Source: Opitutaceae bacterium (GTDB lineage: Bacteria; Verrucomicrobiota; Verrucomicrobiia; Opitutales; Opitutaceae). Taken from it: a stretch of DNA of 64,000 nt. The stretch lies in contig JBEKAO010000001.1 in the NCBI GenBank assembly GCA_050015855.1, forward strand, positions 19,391 to 83,390. Direction: 5' to 3'. Position numbers and translations under genes: made by a program. Within the stretch, counting starts at the first letter, position 1; each line of letters starts with the position of its first letter. Below are positions 1-9,485 of this stretch, piece by piece. A model generated the notes under the pieces. That model ran no database searches. It was not told where the DNA came from and saw only the letters and a list, made by a program, of their open reading frames with translations.

Positions 1-995
1 CGCATGGATTCCAGAATGTAATCGACCTCGGCCTCGTCGCAGACTGCCTCCGGGTCCCCGGTCGGGAGGTCGGTGGAACCGGCGATGACCTTGCCTCCGA
101 CCGCGTAAAAGATGCAGATGCGGCCGTCCCTGTTCGCGAAGTAGATCATTTCGCCCCCGGTCGCCTCCGCGAGTCCGGGGTGGTCGAGCACAACGTGGGA
201 GCCTTTCGTTCCGCCGATGAAGCGAGAATTGCGCCCAAGGCCGCGATTCGTCCCGTCAATCCAGGCGCCGGTGGCGTTTACGACGATTCGCGGCCTCACT
301 TCGCAGGTCTCGCCGGAGACCTCGTCTTGCAGGACGACCGTGTCGCCGGCGGCCCCCCGCACCTTGACGTAGTTCAATGCGCGCGCGCCGGCAAAATCGG
401 CCTCCGCGTCCTGGATCAATTCAAGGCATAGTCTTTCCGGATGGGTTATCTTTGCGTCATAGTAGGTCGCCGCACAGACGACATCGGGATTCAGGGCCGG
501 CCGGAGCGCAAGCGCCGCACGCCTGGAACGGAAACGGTGCCGGGGCAGGGGGGAGGCGCGGCCGGCCAGAAAGTCGTAAAGCGCCAGACCCGTCTCGATC
601 AGAAGCGCTCCCCGGTCGGCCGGCTTCGCCGGCCGTCCCAGAAAATTCCGGATTGCCGGAATGATCCCGGATGTCCAACTGAAGATCGGAATCATCGTGG
701 GCAGCGGCTTGACGTAGTGGGGCGCGTTGACCAGCAGCCGGTTTCGCTCGCGGAGGGATTCCCGCACCAGGCGGAACTCCGCGTTCTCCAGGTATCGGAG
801 GCCGCCGTGAATCACTCGGGTCATGGCCCCGCTGGCTCCGGCGCAGAAATCGGACCGCTCGACCAGCAGGGCATCGACGCCCTGCAACGCCAGCTCCCGC
901 AGCAGGCCGACGCCGTTGATGCCGCCGCCTGCGATCAGGACGGAGACGTCGGGATGCTCACGAACCAAGGCAAGGCCCGGGCGCATTTGGGTCAT
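1..995 (-). CDS. glpD: FAD-dependent glycerol-3-phosphate dehydrogenase (GlpD-like), N-terminal part; the gene runs off the window start
   Basis: Absent from the ORF track because there is no stop in the window. My translation of the reverse strand from ATG 995 reads MTQMRPGLALVREHPDVSVLIAGGGINGVGLLRELALQGVDALLVERSDFCAGASGAMTRVIHGGLRYLENAEF... This shows a GxGxxG dinucleotide fold followed by the GlpD-type IHGGLRYLE box. The ATG overlaps the stop of the upstream gene (ATGA, 992-995). Confidence 0.8.
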   Translation of the reverse strand, partial: MTQMRPGLALVREHPDVSVLIAGGGINGVGLLRELALQGVDALLVERSDFCAGASGAMTRVIHGGLRYLENAEFRLVRESLRERNRLLVNAPHYVKPLPTMIPIFSWTSGIIPAIRNFLGRPAKPADRGALLIETGLALYDFLAGRASPLPRHRFRSRRAALALRPALNPDVVCAATYYDAKITHPERLCLELIQDAEADFAGARALNYVKVRGAAGDTVVLQDEVSGETCEVRPRIVVNATGAWIDGTNRGLGRNSRFIGGTKGSHVVLDHPGLAEATGGEMIYFANRDGRICIFYAVGGKVIAGSTDLPTGDPEAVCDEAEVDYILESM

Positions 996-3262
996 TTTTT
1001 GGCCATCGCCTTGAGCCTGTTCAGGTTCTCGCGCACATCCGCAAGCGTGGGATCGAGCTTGAGGGCGAGCTCCAGTTGGGCGATCGCATCGGCGATGCGG
1101 CCCATCCTTGCATACGCCGCCGCGAGGTTGCAGTGCGCGTCCACGTACCCAGGCTCGATTCGAATCGCCTGTTCGTAATGGGCGACCGCGTCGGGCAGGC
1201 GGCCGGGAATTGTTCCCAACAGATTCGCCAGATTATTGTGCGCCGCGGCGTAATCCGGCTTGAAACGCAGCGCCTCTTCGAAGTGCGAGATCGCCTCGGG
1301 CACGCGTGCGGGGTCCTTTGCAAGCGCAATTGCCAGGTCATTGTGCGCTTCCGGATAATCCGGCTTGAGGCGCAGGGCCTCCTTGTAATGCGAGATCGCC
1401 TCCGGCACGCGTGCGGGGTCCCCGACCAGCATATTGGCCAGATCGTTGTGAGCTTCGGGGTAATCCGGCTTGAGGCGGAGGGCTTCTTCGAAGTGCGAGA
1501 TCGCCTCCGGCGCGCGTGCGGGGTCTGTCGCCAGCACATTGCCCAGATTGTCGTGCGCATAAGCGTAATCTGGATCCAAACGCAGCGCTTCCTCAAGGTG
1601 CGTGATCGCCTCCGGCAGTCGGCCGGGAATCCTTTCAAGAACAATTGCGAGGTTGTTGTGTGCCTTGGCGGAACGGGGATCAAGACGCAGGGCCTCCTCG
1701 TATTGCGAGATCGCCTCCTGGAGGCGGGCGGGGTCCTTGGCGAGCGCAATGGCCAGATCAAAGTGCGCATCGGAGGATTCCGGCTTGAGGCGCAGGGCCT
1801 CCCCGTACTGCGAGATCGCCTCCTGAAGGCGGCCGGGCATGTCCACCAGCACGGTCGCCAGATTGAGGTGCGTCTCGGCGGCGTCCGGCTTGAGGCGCAG
1901 CGCCTCCTCAAGGTGCGAGACCGCCTCCGGTACGCGGGCGGGGTCAGCGGCCAGCAGGATTCCCAGGTCGCTGTGCGCGCGCCAGGACTCCGGGCGCTGC
2001 GCCAGCGTGACGTTCCAAATCGCAATCTCGCTGCGGTAATCCGCGTTGCGCCGCGCGGTGAGGAATCCCAACCCGAGCGCAATCGACAGGAATACGGGAA
2101 GGCTCCGGCGCCCGGCCGCGGCCTGGATCGCGAGGACGGCAAGGGTCACGACGGCGGCCAGGGACAGGTACATGCGGTGCTCCGCGATCGTTTGGGTCGC
2201 CACCGGCACGATGCTTGAAGTCGGCGCGAGGATCGCGAAAAACCAGACGCCGCAAAAGCCGATCGAAGGCCAGCGCACGAGCGCGACCAGGGTCGCCGCA
2301 AGCAGCAGAAGAACGAGCGCGATTTGCGGCGCGACGGCGCCCGGGCCTGCGACCACCGCCGAGCCGTAGTCGAAGACCAGGGGGTGCGGCCAGAACGAGA
2401 GCCGCAGGTAATGCGCCACGGCGCCAAACTGGGTCAGGGCGTAGGCGGGCCAGGCGACGGCCGAACCGAATCCGACGGAATGGCCCCGGGCGTTTGTGCC
2501 CGCAATCAGCCAGGCGAGCAGGATCCAGGAGGAGGCCAGTCCGGCGTACAGCGACCGATGGTCCCGCCATGCCTTCCGGAAGGTGCCGCTGACAAACGTG
2601 CGGTCGTACAGCCAGACGATCAGCGGCGCTGAGGCGATAACCTCCTTGCTCGCCGCGCCGAGGAGGCAGCAGGCGATCGAGAGCGCGGCCCAGGTCGTTG
2701 CGGCCTTCCCGCCGGGCTCCGCGGCCCCGGCGCACGGCGGCCGGCTTTCTGTGTATCTTATGAAACAATACAGCGTGAGCAGGTAAAACAGCCCCATCAT
2801 GGACTCCGCCCGCTGCACGACATAGGTCACCGATTCGGTCTGCAGCGGATGCAGGACCCAGAGAAGCGCCACGGCGAGGGCGGCGAGGCGCGGCCCGTCC
2901 GGACCCAGGTTCAGGCGGCCGGCCATCCTGTCGAGCGTTCTTCGCACGATTCCGAAAAGCGCCAGGCCCGCGAGAATGTGGATCGCGAGGTTGACGACAT
3001 GGTAGCTCCAGACGTTTGTGCCGCTGATCGCGTAATTGATCGCCAGGGAGAGATTGAGAAGCGGCCGCCCGTCGACCGGCAGCCCGCTTCCGGCGGGCGT
3101 CGCCAGGATCGCCTTCAGGTTGGCCAAATGCCGGATCGTCGGGTTGATGACGATGGACGGCGTGTCGTCCAAAACGAACGCCCCGGAGAACGAATTGGCA
3201 TATGCGGCAACACCCGCGGCGGCGATTGCCGCCGCCGCGATGCGGCCGGTGTTCCATTTCAT
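992..3262 (-). CDS. Membrane protein with an N-terminal multi-TM PMT/TMTC-like (GT-C fold) domain and a C-terminal array of TPR-like repeats
   Basis: 756-aa ORF. The first ~420 aa are hydrophobic with many predicted TM segments (LAIHILAGLALFGIV, FYLLTLYCFI, LVLLLLAATLVALV). The last ~330 aa are repeated units of the form AHxxLAxxLxxxPxRxPEAIxHxEEALRLKPDYxE. Confidence 0.8.
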   Translation of the reverse strand: MKWNTGRIAAAAIAAAGVAAYANSFSGAFVLDDTPSIVINPTIRHLANLKAILATPAGSGLPVDGRPLLNLSLAINYAISGTNVWSYHVVNLAIHILAGLALFGIVRRTLDRMAGRLNLGPDGPRLAALAVALLWVLHPLQTESVTYVVQRAESMMGLFYLLTLYCFIRYTESRPPCAGAAEPGGKAATTWAALSIACCLLGAASKEVIASAPLIVWLYDRTFVSGTFRKAWRDHRSLYAGLASSWILLAWLIAGTNARGHSVGFGSAVAWPAYALTQFGAVAHYLRLSFWPHPLVFDYGSAVVAGPGAVAPQIALVLLLLAATLVALVRWPSIGFCGVWFFAILAPTSSIVPVATQTIAEHRMYLSLAAVVTLAVLAIQAAAGRRSLPVFLSIALGLGFLTARRNADYRSEIAIWNVTLAQRPESWRAHSDLGILLAADPARVPEAVSHLEEALRLKPDAAETHLNLATVLVDMPGRLQEAISQYGEALRLKPESSDAHFDLAIALAKDPARLQEAISQYEEALRLDPRSAKAHNNLAIVLERIPGRLPEAITHLEEALRLDPDYAYAHDNLGNVLATDPARAPEAISHFEEALRLKPDYPEAHNDLANMLVGDPARVPEAISHYKEALRLKPDYPEAHNDLAIALAKDPARVPEAISHFEEALRFKPDYAAAHNNLANLLGTIPGRLPDAVAHYEQAIRIEPGYVDAHCNLAAAYARMGRIADAIAQLELALKLDPTLADVRENLNRLKAMAKK
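1010..1980 (-). repeat. Intragenic tandem array of about nine 105-bp (35-codon) TPR-like units
   Basis: The DNA word ATCCGGCTTGAGGCGCAGGGCCTC recurs with a 105-nt period (for example ~1351 and ~1456). The protein units are near-identical (PARVPEAISHFEEALRLKPDYPEAHNDLA...). Confidence 0.8.
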
Positions 3263-3373
3263 TTCATCCAGCTAAAGGCTCCGCGATTCCTAGGCAATCC
3301 CTGCTGCGCCCGGGGTTGATCCATCCGCAGTTTCATCTTGGGGGTGCCAGACTCTTCGTTTAGGCCTGCTCTT

Positions 3374-5521
3374 ATGAACAGATGCACCCTCTCCCTGTTT
3401 GTTCCGCTTCTCTTAGCCGCCGCGTCGGCCGCGGATCTGCCGCCGCCGCCGGACACGCCCAAAGTTCCGGTGGCGGACACGTACCACGGTGTCACGGTCA
3501 TCGACAATTACCGGTGGATGGAGAACGCGGGCGACCCGGCGGTGCAGCGCTGGAGCAAGGCGGAGAACGCGCGGACGCGGGCCTATCTCGACTCCCTCCC
3601 GCAACGTCCGGAGATCCTTGCGCGGGTGGATCAGCTCATCCGGTCGAACTCGATCAGCTATCAGGTCCAGCTGAAGCGGGGCGGGAAGCTCTTCGCCTAC
3701 AAGAGCGACCCCAGGCTGCAGCAGCCGCTGATCGTCACGCTGGGTTCCCCGGACGACCTGGGTTCAGAGCGGGCGATCGTCGATCCGAATGCGCTCAGCG
3801 CAAGCGGCCAGATCGCGATCGACTGGTTTTCGGTTTCGCTCGACGGGAAGATGCTGGCCGTCTCGCTTTCCAGGGGCGGCAGCGAAGCGGGCGATCTGCA
3901 CCTTTACGACGTCGCCACGGGGCGGGAGACCGGCGAGGTGATCCCCCACGTTCAGAATGGCACTGCCGGGGGCAGCATGGCGTTTGCGCCCGGCGGCGGG
4001 GGATTCTGGTACACGCGATACCCGCGGGGCAACGAGCGGCCGCCCGCGGACGCGGGGCTCTACCAGCAGGTGTGGTTCCACCGGATCGGCACGGCCACGG
4101 AAACCGACACGTATGAAATTGGGCGCGACTTTCCGAAGATCGCGGAAATCGAGCTTCACGAAAAGGAGGATGGCCGTTGGATCATGGCCCGGGTCGCGAA
4201 CGGCGACGGGGGCGAGGCGGCCTATTACCTGAGGGCGACGGAGCCCGGCTCCCCCTGGATCGAGGTCTCGAAGTTTTCGGACCGGGTGGTGGATGCCCAA
4301 TTCGGGGCCGATGACGCCCTGTACCTCATGTCCCGCGCGGACGCCCCGCGCGGGAAGATTCTGCGCCTGGCCCTGGACGGGCAGCCCGCCCTCGCGCGGG
4401 CCGTCGTGATCGTGAAGGAGTCCGAAGGCGCGATCGAGAGCTTCCTGCCCGCGAAATCGCTCATCTACGTCAATTATCTCGCCGGAGGGCCCTCGCGGGT
4501 GGGAGTGTTCGACCTGGCGGGGGGAATCCGGCCCGACGTTCCGATCCTCCCGGTTTCCGCCGTGAGCGGCCTCGTCCGGATGGAGGGCGACGACATCCTG
4601 TTCGTCAACGGGAGCTACCTGAAGCTGCCCGCCACGTACCGCTACTCCGCGCAGGCGGGAACGGTCGAGCGGACTGCGATGGCGATGACATCGATCGCGG
4701 ACTACTCCGATTGCGAGGTCGTGCGCGACTTTGCCCGCTCGAAGGATGGAACGATGGTTCCCCTGAACATCATCCGGCGGAAGGGCACGAGGCTCGACGG
4801 CAACAACCCGACCATACTCTACGCCTACGGCGGCTACGGATTGAGCATGCAACCGGCGTTCTCCGCCTCGACCCGCATCTGGCTGGAGCAGGGAGGCGTG
4901 TACGTGATCGCCAACATCCGGGGCGGCGGGGAATACGGCGACCAATGGCACCTGGACGGCAACCTCCTGAAAAAACAGAACGATTATGACGATTTTTACG
5001 CCTGCGCCTGCTGGCTGATCGACAAGGGATACACCCTGCCGGCGAGGCTTGGAATCATGGGCGGCAGCAACGGCGGACTCCTCATGGGCGCCGCGCTGAC
5101 CCAGCATCCCGAGCTGTATCGCGCGGTCGTCAGCATGGTTGGAATCTATGACATGCTCCGGGTGGAGCTGACCCAGAATGGCGCCTTCAACGTGACCGAG
5201 TACGGCACGGTGAAGGATCCCTCCCAATTCAACGCGTTGTTCGCCTACTCGCCCTACCACCGCGTCGTGGACGGGGTGAGATACCCGGCCGTCCTGCTCA
5301 CGACGGGAGCCAACGACCCCCGGGTGGATCCGTGGCATTCAAGGAAGTTTTGCGCGCGGCTGCAGGCCGCGACGAGCTCGCCCTATCCGGTCCTGCTGCG
5401 GACGAGCGACGCCGCCGGCCACGGAATCGGCAGCTCGCTGGCCGAGACGATCGCGCTGCGGGCCGACGCATTCACCTTTCTGATCCACGAGCTGGGCGTG
5501 GACTACCGGCCGTCGCCGTAA
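3374..5521 (+). CDS. Prolyl oligopeptidase family serine peptidase (S9A), with signal peptide
   Basis: ORF 3338-5521. I prefer ATG 3374 (MNRCTLSLFVPLLLAAASA, signal-like). Supporting motifs are the N-terminal DTYHGVTVIDNYRWMEN box, the catalytic GGSNGGLL serine motif, and a C-terminal D...AGHG region. Confidence 0.9.
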   Translation: MNRCTLSLFVPLLLAAASAADLPPPPDTPKVPVADTYHGVTVIDNYRWMENAGDPAVQRWSKAENARTRAYLDSLPQRPEILARVDQLIRSNSISYQVQLKRGGKLFAYKSDPRLQQPLIVTLGSPDDLGSERAIVDPNALSASGQIAIDWFSVSLDGKMLAVSLSRGGSEAGDLHLYDVATGRETGEVIPHVQNGTAGGSMAFAPGGGGFWYTRYPRGNERPPADAGLYQQVWFHRIGTATETDTYEIGRDFPKIAEIELHEKEDGRWIMARVANGDGGEAAYYLRATEPGSPWIEVSKFSDRVVDAQFGADDALYLMSRADAPRGKILRLALDGQPALARAVVIVKESEGAIESFLPAKSLIYVNYLAGGPSRVGVFDLAGGIRPDVPILPVSAVSGLVRMEGDDILFVNGSYLKLPATYRYSAQAGTVERTAMAMTSIADYSDCEVVRDFARSKDGTMVPLNIIRRKGTRLDGNNPTILYAYGGYGLSMQPAFSASTRIWLEQGGVYVIANIRGGGEYGDQWHLDGNLLKKQNDYDDFYACACWLIDKGYTLPARLGIMGGSNGGLLMGAALTQHPELYRAVVSMVGIYDMLRVELTQNGAFNVTEYGTVKDPSQFNALFAYSPYHRVVDGVRYPAVLLTTGANDPRVDPWHSRKFCARLQAATSSPYPVLLRTSDAAGHGIGSSLAETIALRADAFTFLIHELGVDYRPSP

Positions 5522-8124
5522 GCGCTCCCGGGCGGCTCGGCCAGGGCTAAGGGGTTGCCCTGGCGTTCAACTCCGATCGCCGGCATGCCTTCCCCTGAGG
5601 TGATTGCCATTGTCGCCTCCCGCAGGCCCTGCGCCCGCGCCGTGATCTGGATTTTGCCGGTTTTCCGGGTCATCTGCAGGATGGCCAGGCACAACCCGTG
5701 GAATGCGTGCCGCCGGGTTCCCTGGAAGCTCTCCTGCATCGACAGGTTCCCGCTGTCGACCCCGATGATCCGGGCCTCGCCCTGCACATCGAATGTGACC
5801 TCGTTGTCGGCGGTGGGCACGGTCCGGCCCTGGTCGTCGACGATGTGCACGACGGCATGAATGACGCACTGGCCGTCGGCGATTCCGGCCGGCAGGTCGG
5901 TTGCCAGTTTGACCGCCACGGGGCTTCCGGTTGTCGCGATCTCATCTTCGGCGACGATTCGCCCCGCCCGCCGGCCCACGGCCCGCAGCACTCCCGGCTC
6001 GTAGGCAACGTCCCACGTGAGGTGAAGATCGTCCGTTGTGTGGACCTCGTAGGCGCGAGCAGGCAGGCTGTTCCAGCCGCCCTCGGATCCCTCCCGGGGA
6101 AACTCATAACCGCGAACGCCCTGCGAGCGACCGTTGATGAACAGCTCCACCGTGTCACAGTTTGAATAAGCGTAAACTGTCATCCGCCGCCCTTCGTGGC
6201 CCTGCCAGTTCCAATGGGGAAACACATGCACCATGGGCTGGGTCGTCCACTGGCTCTGGTAGAAATAATACCCATCCTTCCGGAAGCCGCAGGTGTCGAG
6301 CATGCCGGAGGTCGAGCCAACCCCGCCTTCACCCAGGTAGTCAATGCCCGTCCACATGAAGTCGCCCGCGACATAATCGTGCACTCGGACGAATTTCCAC
6401 AGCGCCTCGACCGGCAGCCTGGGCTGGCTGCCCTGGCGGGCCCGCCGGATGGCGGCGGCTTCGGGAGGGATCGGCGGAACGCCTGCGGGCGCTCCGGGAG
6501 CCGGCTGCACGTCCACCGCCGCGGCGGGGATCGGCGGAAACGGATCCCCGTACTCGCCCCGGGCTCCGCTCATGGCGACGCTTTCGGTACCGATGAATTT
6601 CCGGTCCGGAAACTGGCGCCGGTCGGTATCGTAATAGGTGTTCGCGCGCGAGCGCCAGCGGTCGACGTAGTTGTAGCCGGCCACGTCCAATAGCGCCATG
6701 AATTCCGGCCGGCCGCTCACCGGCTCGGCATAAACCCGGTCACAGGCGCATGTGACGGGCCGGGTGGGGTCCTCCCGGTGGAAGATGTCGACGAGATCCT
6801 TTAGGACGGCCGTGCCGGCGACTGTGACCTGCTCGGGAATCTCGTTGCCCGCGCTCCAGATTACCACGCTCGGATGATTCCGGTCCCGGCGGATGAAATC
6901 CGTCGTGTCGCGGACGTGCCACTCGTCGAAGAACAGATGGCAGCCCTGCGGGGTTTGCGACTTGGCGATCTCCCATTCGTCGTAGGCCTCGTCCATCACG
7001 CAAAAGCCCATGTTATCGCACAGGTCGAGAAACTCCGGGTCGGGGGGATTATGGCTGACGCGGATCGCATTGCATCCCATGGCCTTAAGGAGATTCAAGC
7101 GACGCACCCAAACACCGATGGGCACTGCCACGCCGACCGAACCTCCGTCCGCATGAAGGCAGACGCCGTTCAGCTTCGTGGGGACGCCGTTCAAGATGAA
7201 GCCGCGGTCGACGTCCCAGGCGATGGACCGGATTCCGAACGGGGTTTCGACCTCGTCCACGATTTCGTCCGGACTGCCGACCCTCCTGAGAGTCGTGCGA
7301 AGCGTGTACTTCTCCGGCCTTTCGATCGACCAGAGATGGGGCTGGCCGACGCCAAACGCCTGAACGGCTGTGCCGCTGGTCCCCGGTTGCAAAGAGGCCA
7401 GGCTGTGCGCGGTCTGGAGGCCGAATCCTCCGGAATCAATAAGCATTGAATCGAGTGTGAAATCCTCGCGCTTGTCCGAACCGTTCACGACCGTGATCGC
7501 GGCGGATACCAGCGCCCGATCATCGGTCACTTCCGGGGTCGTCACCTGTGTGCCCCAGAGCGGGATGTGGAGGTGGTTTGTCACCAGGAGCCAGGCGTGG
7601 CGATAGATGCCCGATCCGGCGTACCAGCGCGAATTCGGCTGGTGGGAGTTATCCACCCGGACGGCCAGGACGTTGTCATTTTCGCCAAAATTCAGATACG
7701 GCGTCATGTCGTAGACGACGCTCGTGTACCCGTAGGGGCGCTGGCCGAGGACATGGCCGTTGATCCACACCTCTCCCCGTTCCCGGATGCCATCGAACTC
7801 GATTTCGACGAGTCTTCCGGCGTCGGCCTGCGGAACCCGGAAGATCCTGCGATACCACCCGATGCCGGTCGGCAGAAATGCGCCCGCGCGGCCGGAGGGC
7901 GCCGCCGGATCGAATGCGAGATGGATGCTCCAATCGTGGGGCAGGTCGACCGCCTGCCATGAGGAGTCGTCAAAGGCGGGGGCCTCGGCGCCAGCCGGGT
8001 CGCCGAGCATGAATTTCCAGCCGAAATCCATCGTCAGGCGCTGCCTCGGCGATGGAGCCGCCGCGGCGATCGCCGCGAGCGAACCGCCCACCGCCAGCAT
8101 CATCCATCTTTTCATCGGGCTCAT
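5503..8124 (-). CDS. Glycoside hydrolase family 2 (beta-galactosidase/beta-glucuronidase-like), secreted
   Basis: ORF 5503-8304. The start is moved to ATG 8124 (MSPMKRWMMLAVGGSLAAIAAAA, signal peptide). GH2-type boxes: WYAGSGIYRHAWL, NAIRVSHNPPDPEFLDLCDNMGFCVMDEAYDEW, NHPSVVIWSAGNEI, FMWTGIDYLGE. The 3' end overlaps the convergent peptidase gene by 19 nt. Confidence 0.85.
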   Translation of the reverse strand: MSPMKRWMMLAVGGSLAAIAAAAPSPRQRLTMDFGWKFMLGDPAGAEAPAFDDSSWQAVDLPHDWSIHLAFDPAAPSGRAGAFLPTGIGWYRRIFRVPQADAGRLVEIEFDGIRERGEVWINGHVLGQRPYGYTSVVYDMTPYLNFGENDNVLAVRVDNSHQPNSRWYAGSGIYRHAWLLVTNHLHIPLWGTQVTTPEVTDDRALVSAAITVVNGSDKREDFTLDSMLIDSGGFGLQTAHSLASLQPGTSGTAVQAFGVGQPHLWSIERPEKYTLRTTLRRVGSPDEIVDEVETPFGIRSIAWDVDRGFILNGVPTKLNGVCLHADGGSVGVAVPIGVWVRRLNLLKAMGCNAIRVSHNPPDPEFLDLCDNMGFCVMDEAYDEWEIAKSQTPQGCHLFFDEWHVRDTTDFIRRDRNHPSVVIWSAGNEIPEQVTVAGTAVLKDLVDIFHREDPTRPVTCACDRVYAEPVSGRPEFMALLDVAGYNYVDRWRSRANTYYDTDRRQFPDRKFIGTESVAMSGARGEYGDPFPPIPAAAVDVQPAPGAPAGVPPIPPEAAAIRRARQGSQPRLPVEALWKFVRVHDYVAGDFMWTGIDYLGEGGVGSTSGMLDTCGFRKDGYYFYQSQWTTQPMVHVFPHWNWQGHEGRRMTVYAYSNCDTVELFINGRSQGVRGYEFPREGSEGGWNSLPARAYEVHTTDDLHLTWDVAYEPGVLRAVGRRAGRIVAEDEIATTGSPVAVKLATDLPAGIADGQCVIHAVVHIVDDQGRTVPTADNEVTFDVQGEARIIGVDSGNLSMQESFQGTRRHAFHGLCLAILQMTRKTGKIQITARAQGLREATMAITSGEGMPAIGVERQGNPLALAEPPGSAYGDGR

Positions 8125-8192
8125 TTTCCGAAGGGGGTTGTTGTTCCTACGCCAGCACTTGTCTTTCGCGGTTACAAGCTTCCCGCCGAGCT

Positions 8193-8362
8193 GATGGTGG
8201 AACATTTTGACAGGGAGGGCCCCGGGCGAGGCGTTGCGAGCCTCATGCCCGCCTTCCGGGGCCAGGACGGGCTGGGATCCCGCCTGGCCCGGTTTGGCGG
8301 GCATTCTGGGCGTTGGCGAGCTCCGCCTCGTTCGGGGCCCTCCCTGTCAAAACGTTCCACTG
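8193..8362. mobile_element. MITE-like non-autonomous element (terminal inverted repeats plus flanking direct repeat)
   Basis: 8197-8224 is the reverse complement of 8333-8360 in 27/28 positions. The interior also pairs into one long imperfect hairpin. An identical decamer CCGCCGAGCT sits at 8183-8192 and 8363-8372. There is no protein-like ORF inside. Confidence 0.5.
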
Positions 8363-8487
8363 CCGCCGAGCTTGCCAATTTTACAATTGGGTTAAACTTC
8401 ACCTCACCCTGGGGGCCTGAAGCCGGTGGGGCCTTGCGAAAGCCGGCCTTGGATCCTATCTGATCCTCCACCAACTCCCCGGTTCTT

Positions 8488-9417
8488 ATGCCAGAAGACC
8501 ATCCAAACGAAAACATCGAGTTCATCAAACGCGTCCACCGCGAACTCATCGACGACTACGATGAGGAACTCGAGATGGAGCGCGACGACTGGGAGAAGCT
8601 CTCGCCCGACGCCCCGTTGCGCCCGCTGAAGCACGATTCGGATCGCGACGCGCGGAACAAGTATTTCAAGGAGCTTTTCCGGCTGCAGGGCGAGCTGGTG
8701 AAGATGCACGACTGGATCGTCGAGACGGGGCACCGCCTCGTGATCGTATGCGAGGGACGCGATGCGGCCGGCAAGGGCGGCGTCATCAAGCGGATCACGC
8801 AGCGGCTGAATCCGCGGGTCGCCCGGGTCGCGGCGCTGCCCGCCCCAACGAGCCGCGAGAAGACCCAATGGTATTTCCAGCGCTACGTCGCCTACCTCCC
8901 GGCCGCCGGTGAGATGGTGCTCTTCGACCGCAGCTGGTACAACCGCGCGGGCGTGGAAAAGGTGATGGGGTTTTGCACCGATGCCGAATACGAGGAATTC
9001 TTCCGGTCCGTGCCCGAATTTGAGAAAATGCTCATCCATTCCGGAATCCAACTGATCAAGTACTGGTTCTCCATCCCGGACGAGGAGCAGGAGTTTCGAT
9101 TTCGCTGCCGGATCAACGATCCCCTGAAGCAGTGGAAGCTGAGCCCCATGGACATCGAGTCGCGCAGGCGGTGGGAACTCTACACAAAGGCCAAGGAGGT
9201 CATGTTCGAGCGCACGCACCTGCCCGAGTCTCCCTGGTGGGTTGTGCAGGGGGCGGACAAGAAGAAGGCCAGGCTCAACTGCATCCACCACCTTCTTTCC
9301 CAGGTGAAGTACACGGAGGTGAAGCACGAGCCGATCGTGCTGCCGCCGCGCGTGCACCATCCCGACTACCGGCGCGAGCCGGTGCGGCCGGAAATGGTTG
9401 TGCCGGAAATCTACTGA
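8488..9417 (+). CDS. ppk2: Polyphosphate kinase 2 (PPK2)
   Basis: 309-aa ORF with a Walker A-like GRDAAGKGG and the PPK2 boxes FDRSWYNRAGVE, KYWFSI, QWKLSPMD and WWVV.ADKK.ARLN. Confidence 0.9.
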   Translation: MPEDHPNENIEFIKRVHRELIDDYDEELEMERDDWEKLSPDAPLRPLKHDSDRDARNKYFKELFRLQGELVKMHDWIVETGHRLVIVCEGRDAAGKGGVIKRITQRLNPRVARVAALPAPTSREKTQWYFQRYVAYLPAAGEMVLFDRSWYNRAGVEKVMGFCTDAEYEEFFRSVPEFEKMLIHSGIQLIKYWFSIPDEEQEFRFRCRINDPLKQWKLSPMDIESRRRWELYTKAKEVMFERTHLPESPWWVVQGADKKKARLNCIHHLLSQVKYTEVKHEPIVLPPRVHHPDYRREPVRPEMVVPEIY

Positions 9418-9485
9418 CCGGCGGGGGCTTGCAATCGCGCGCCCTTGGCGGGTCCGCATCCGGGGTTGACTTGGCCGTCAGATAT

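Noticed and set aside
3764-5338. A 524-aa ORF antisense to the prolyl oligopeptidase gene. Many similar long shadow ORFs occur in the track: 11390-12742, 12723-14123, 14953-16539, 16683-18068, 18743-20311, 19821-21173, 27506-29143, 29218-30207, 34885-36174, 38257-39543, 46122-48518, 48121-49374, 60774-62189 and 62355-63683.
   Set aside because: The translations are Arg/Gly/Pro/Ala/His-rich strings with no family motifs. Each lies inside a gene on another frame or strand that has clear family signatures. These are typical stop-poor shadow frames of high-GC DNA.
8172-8549. ORFs 8172-8549 (minus strand) and 8194-8463 (plus strand) spanning the GH2/ppk2 intergenic region
   Set aside because: Both read through the inverted-repeat element and mirror each other. 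They have low-complexity translations and no start context. The MITE-like hairpin explains them better.
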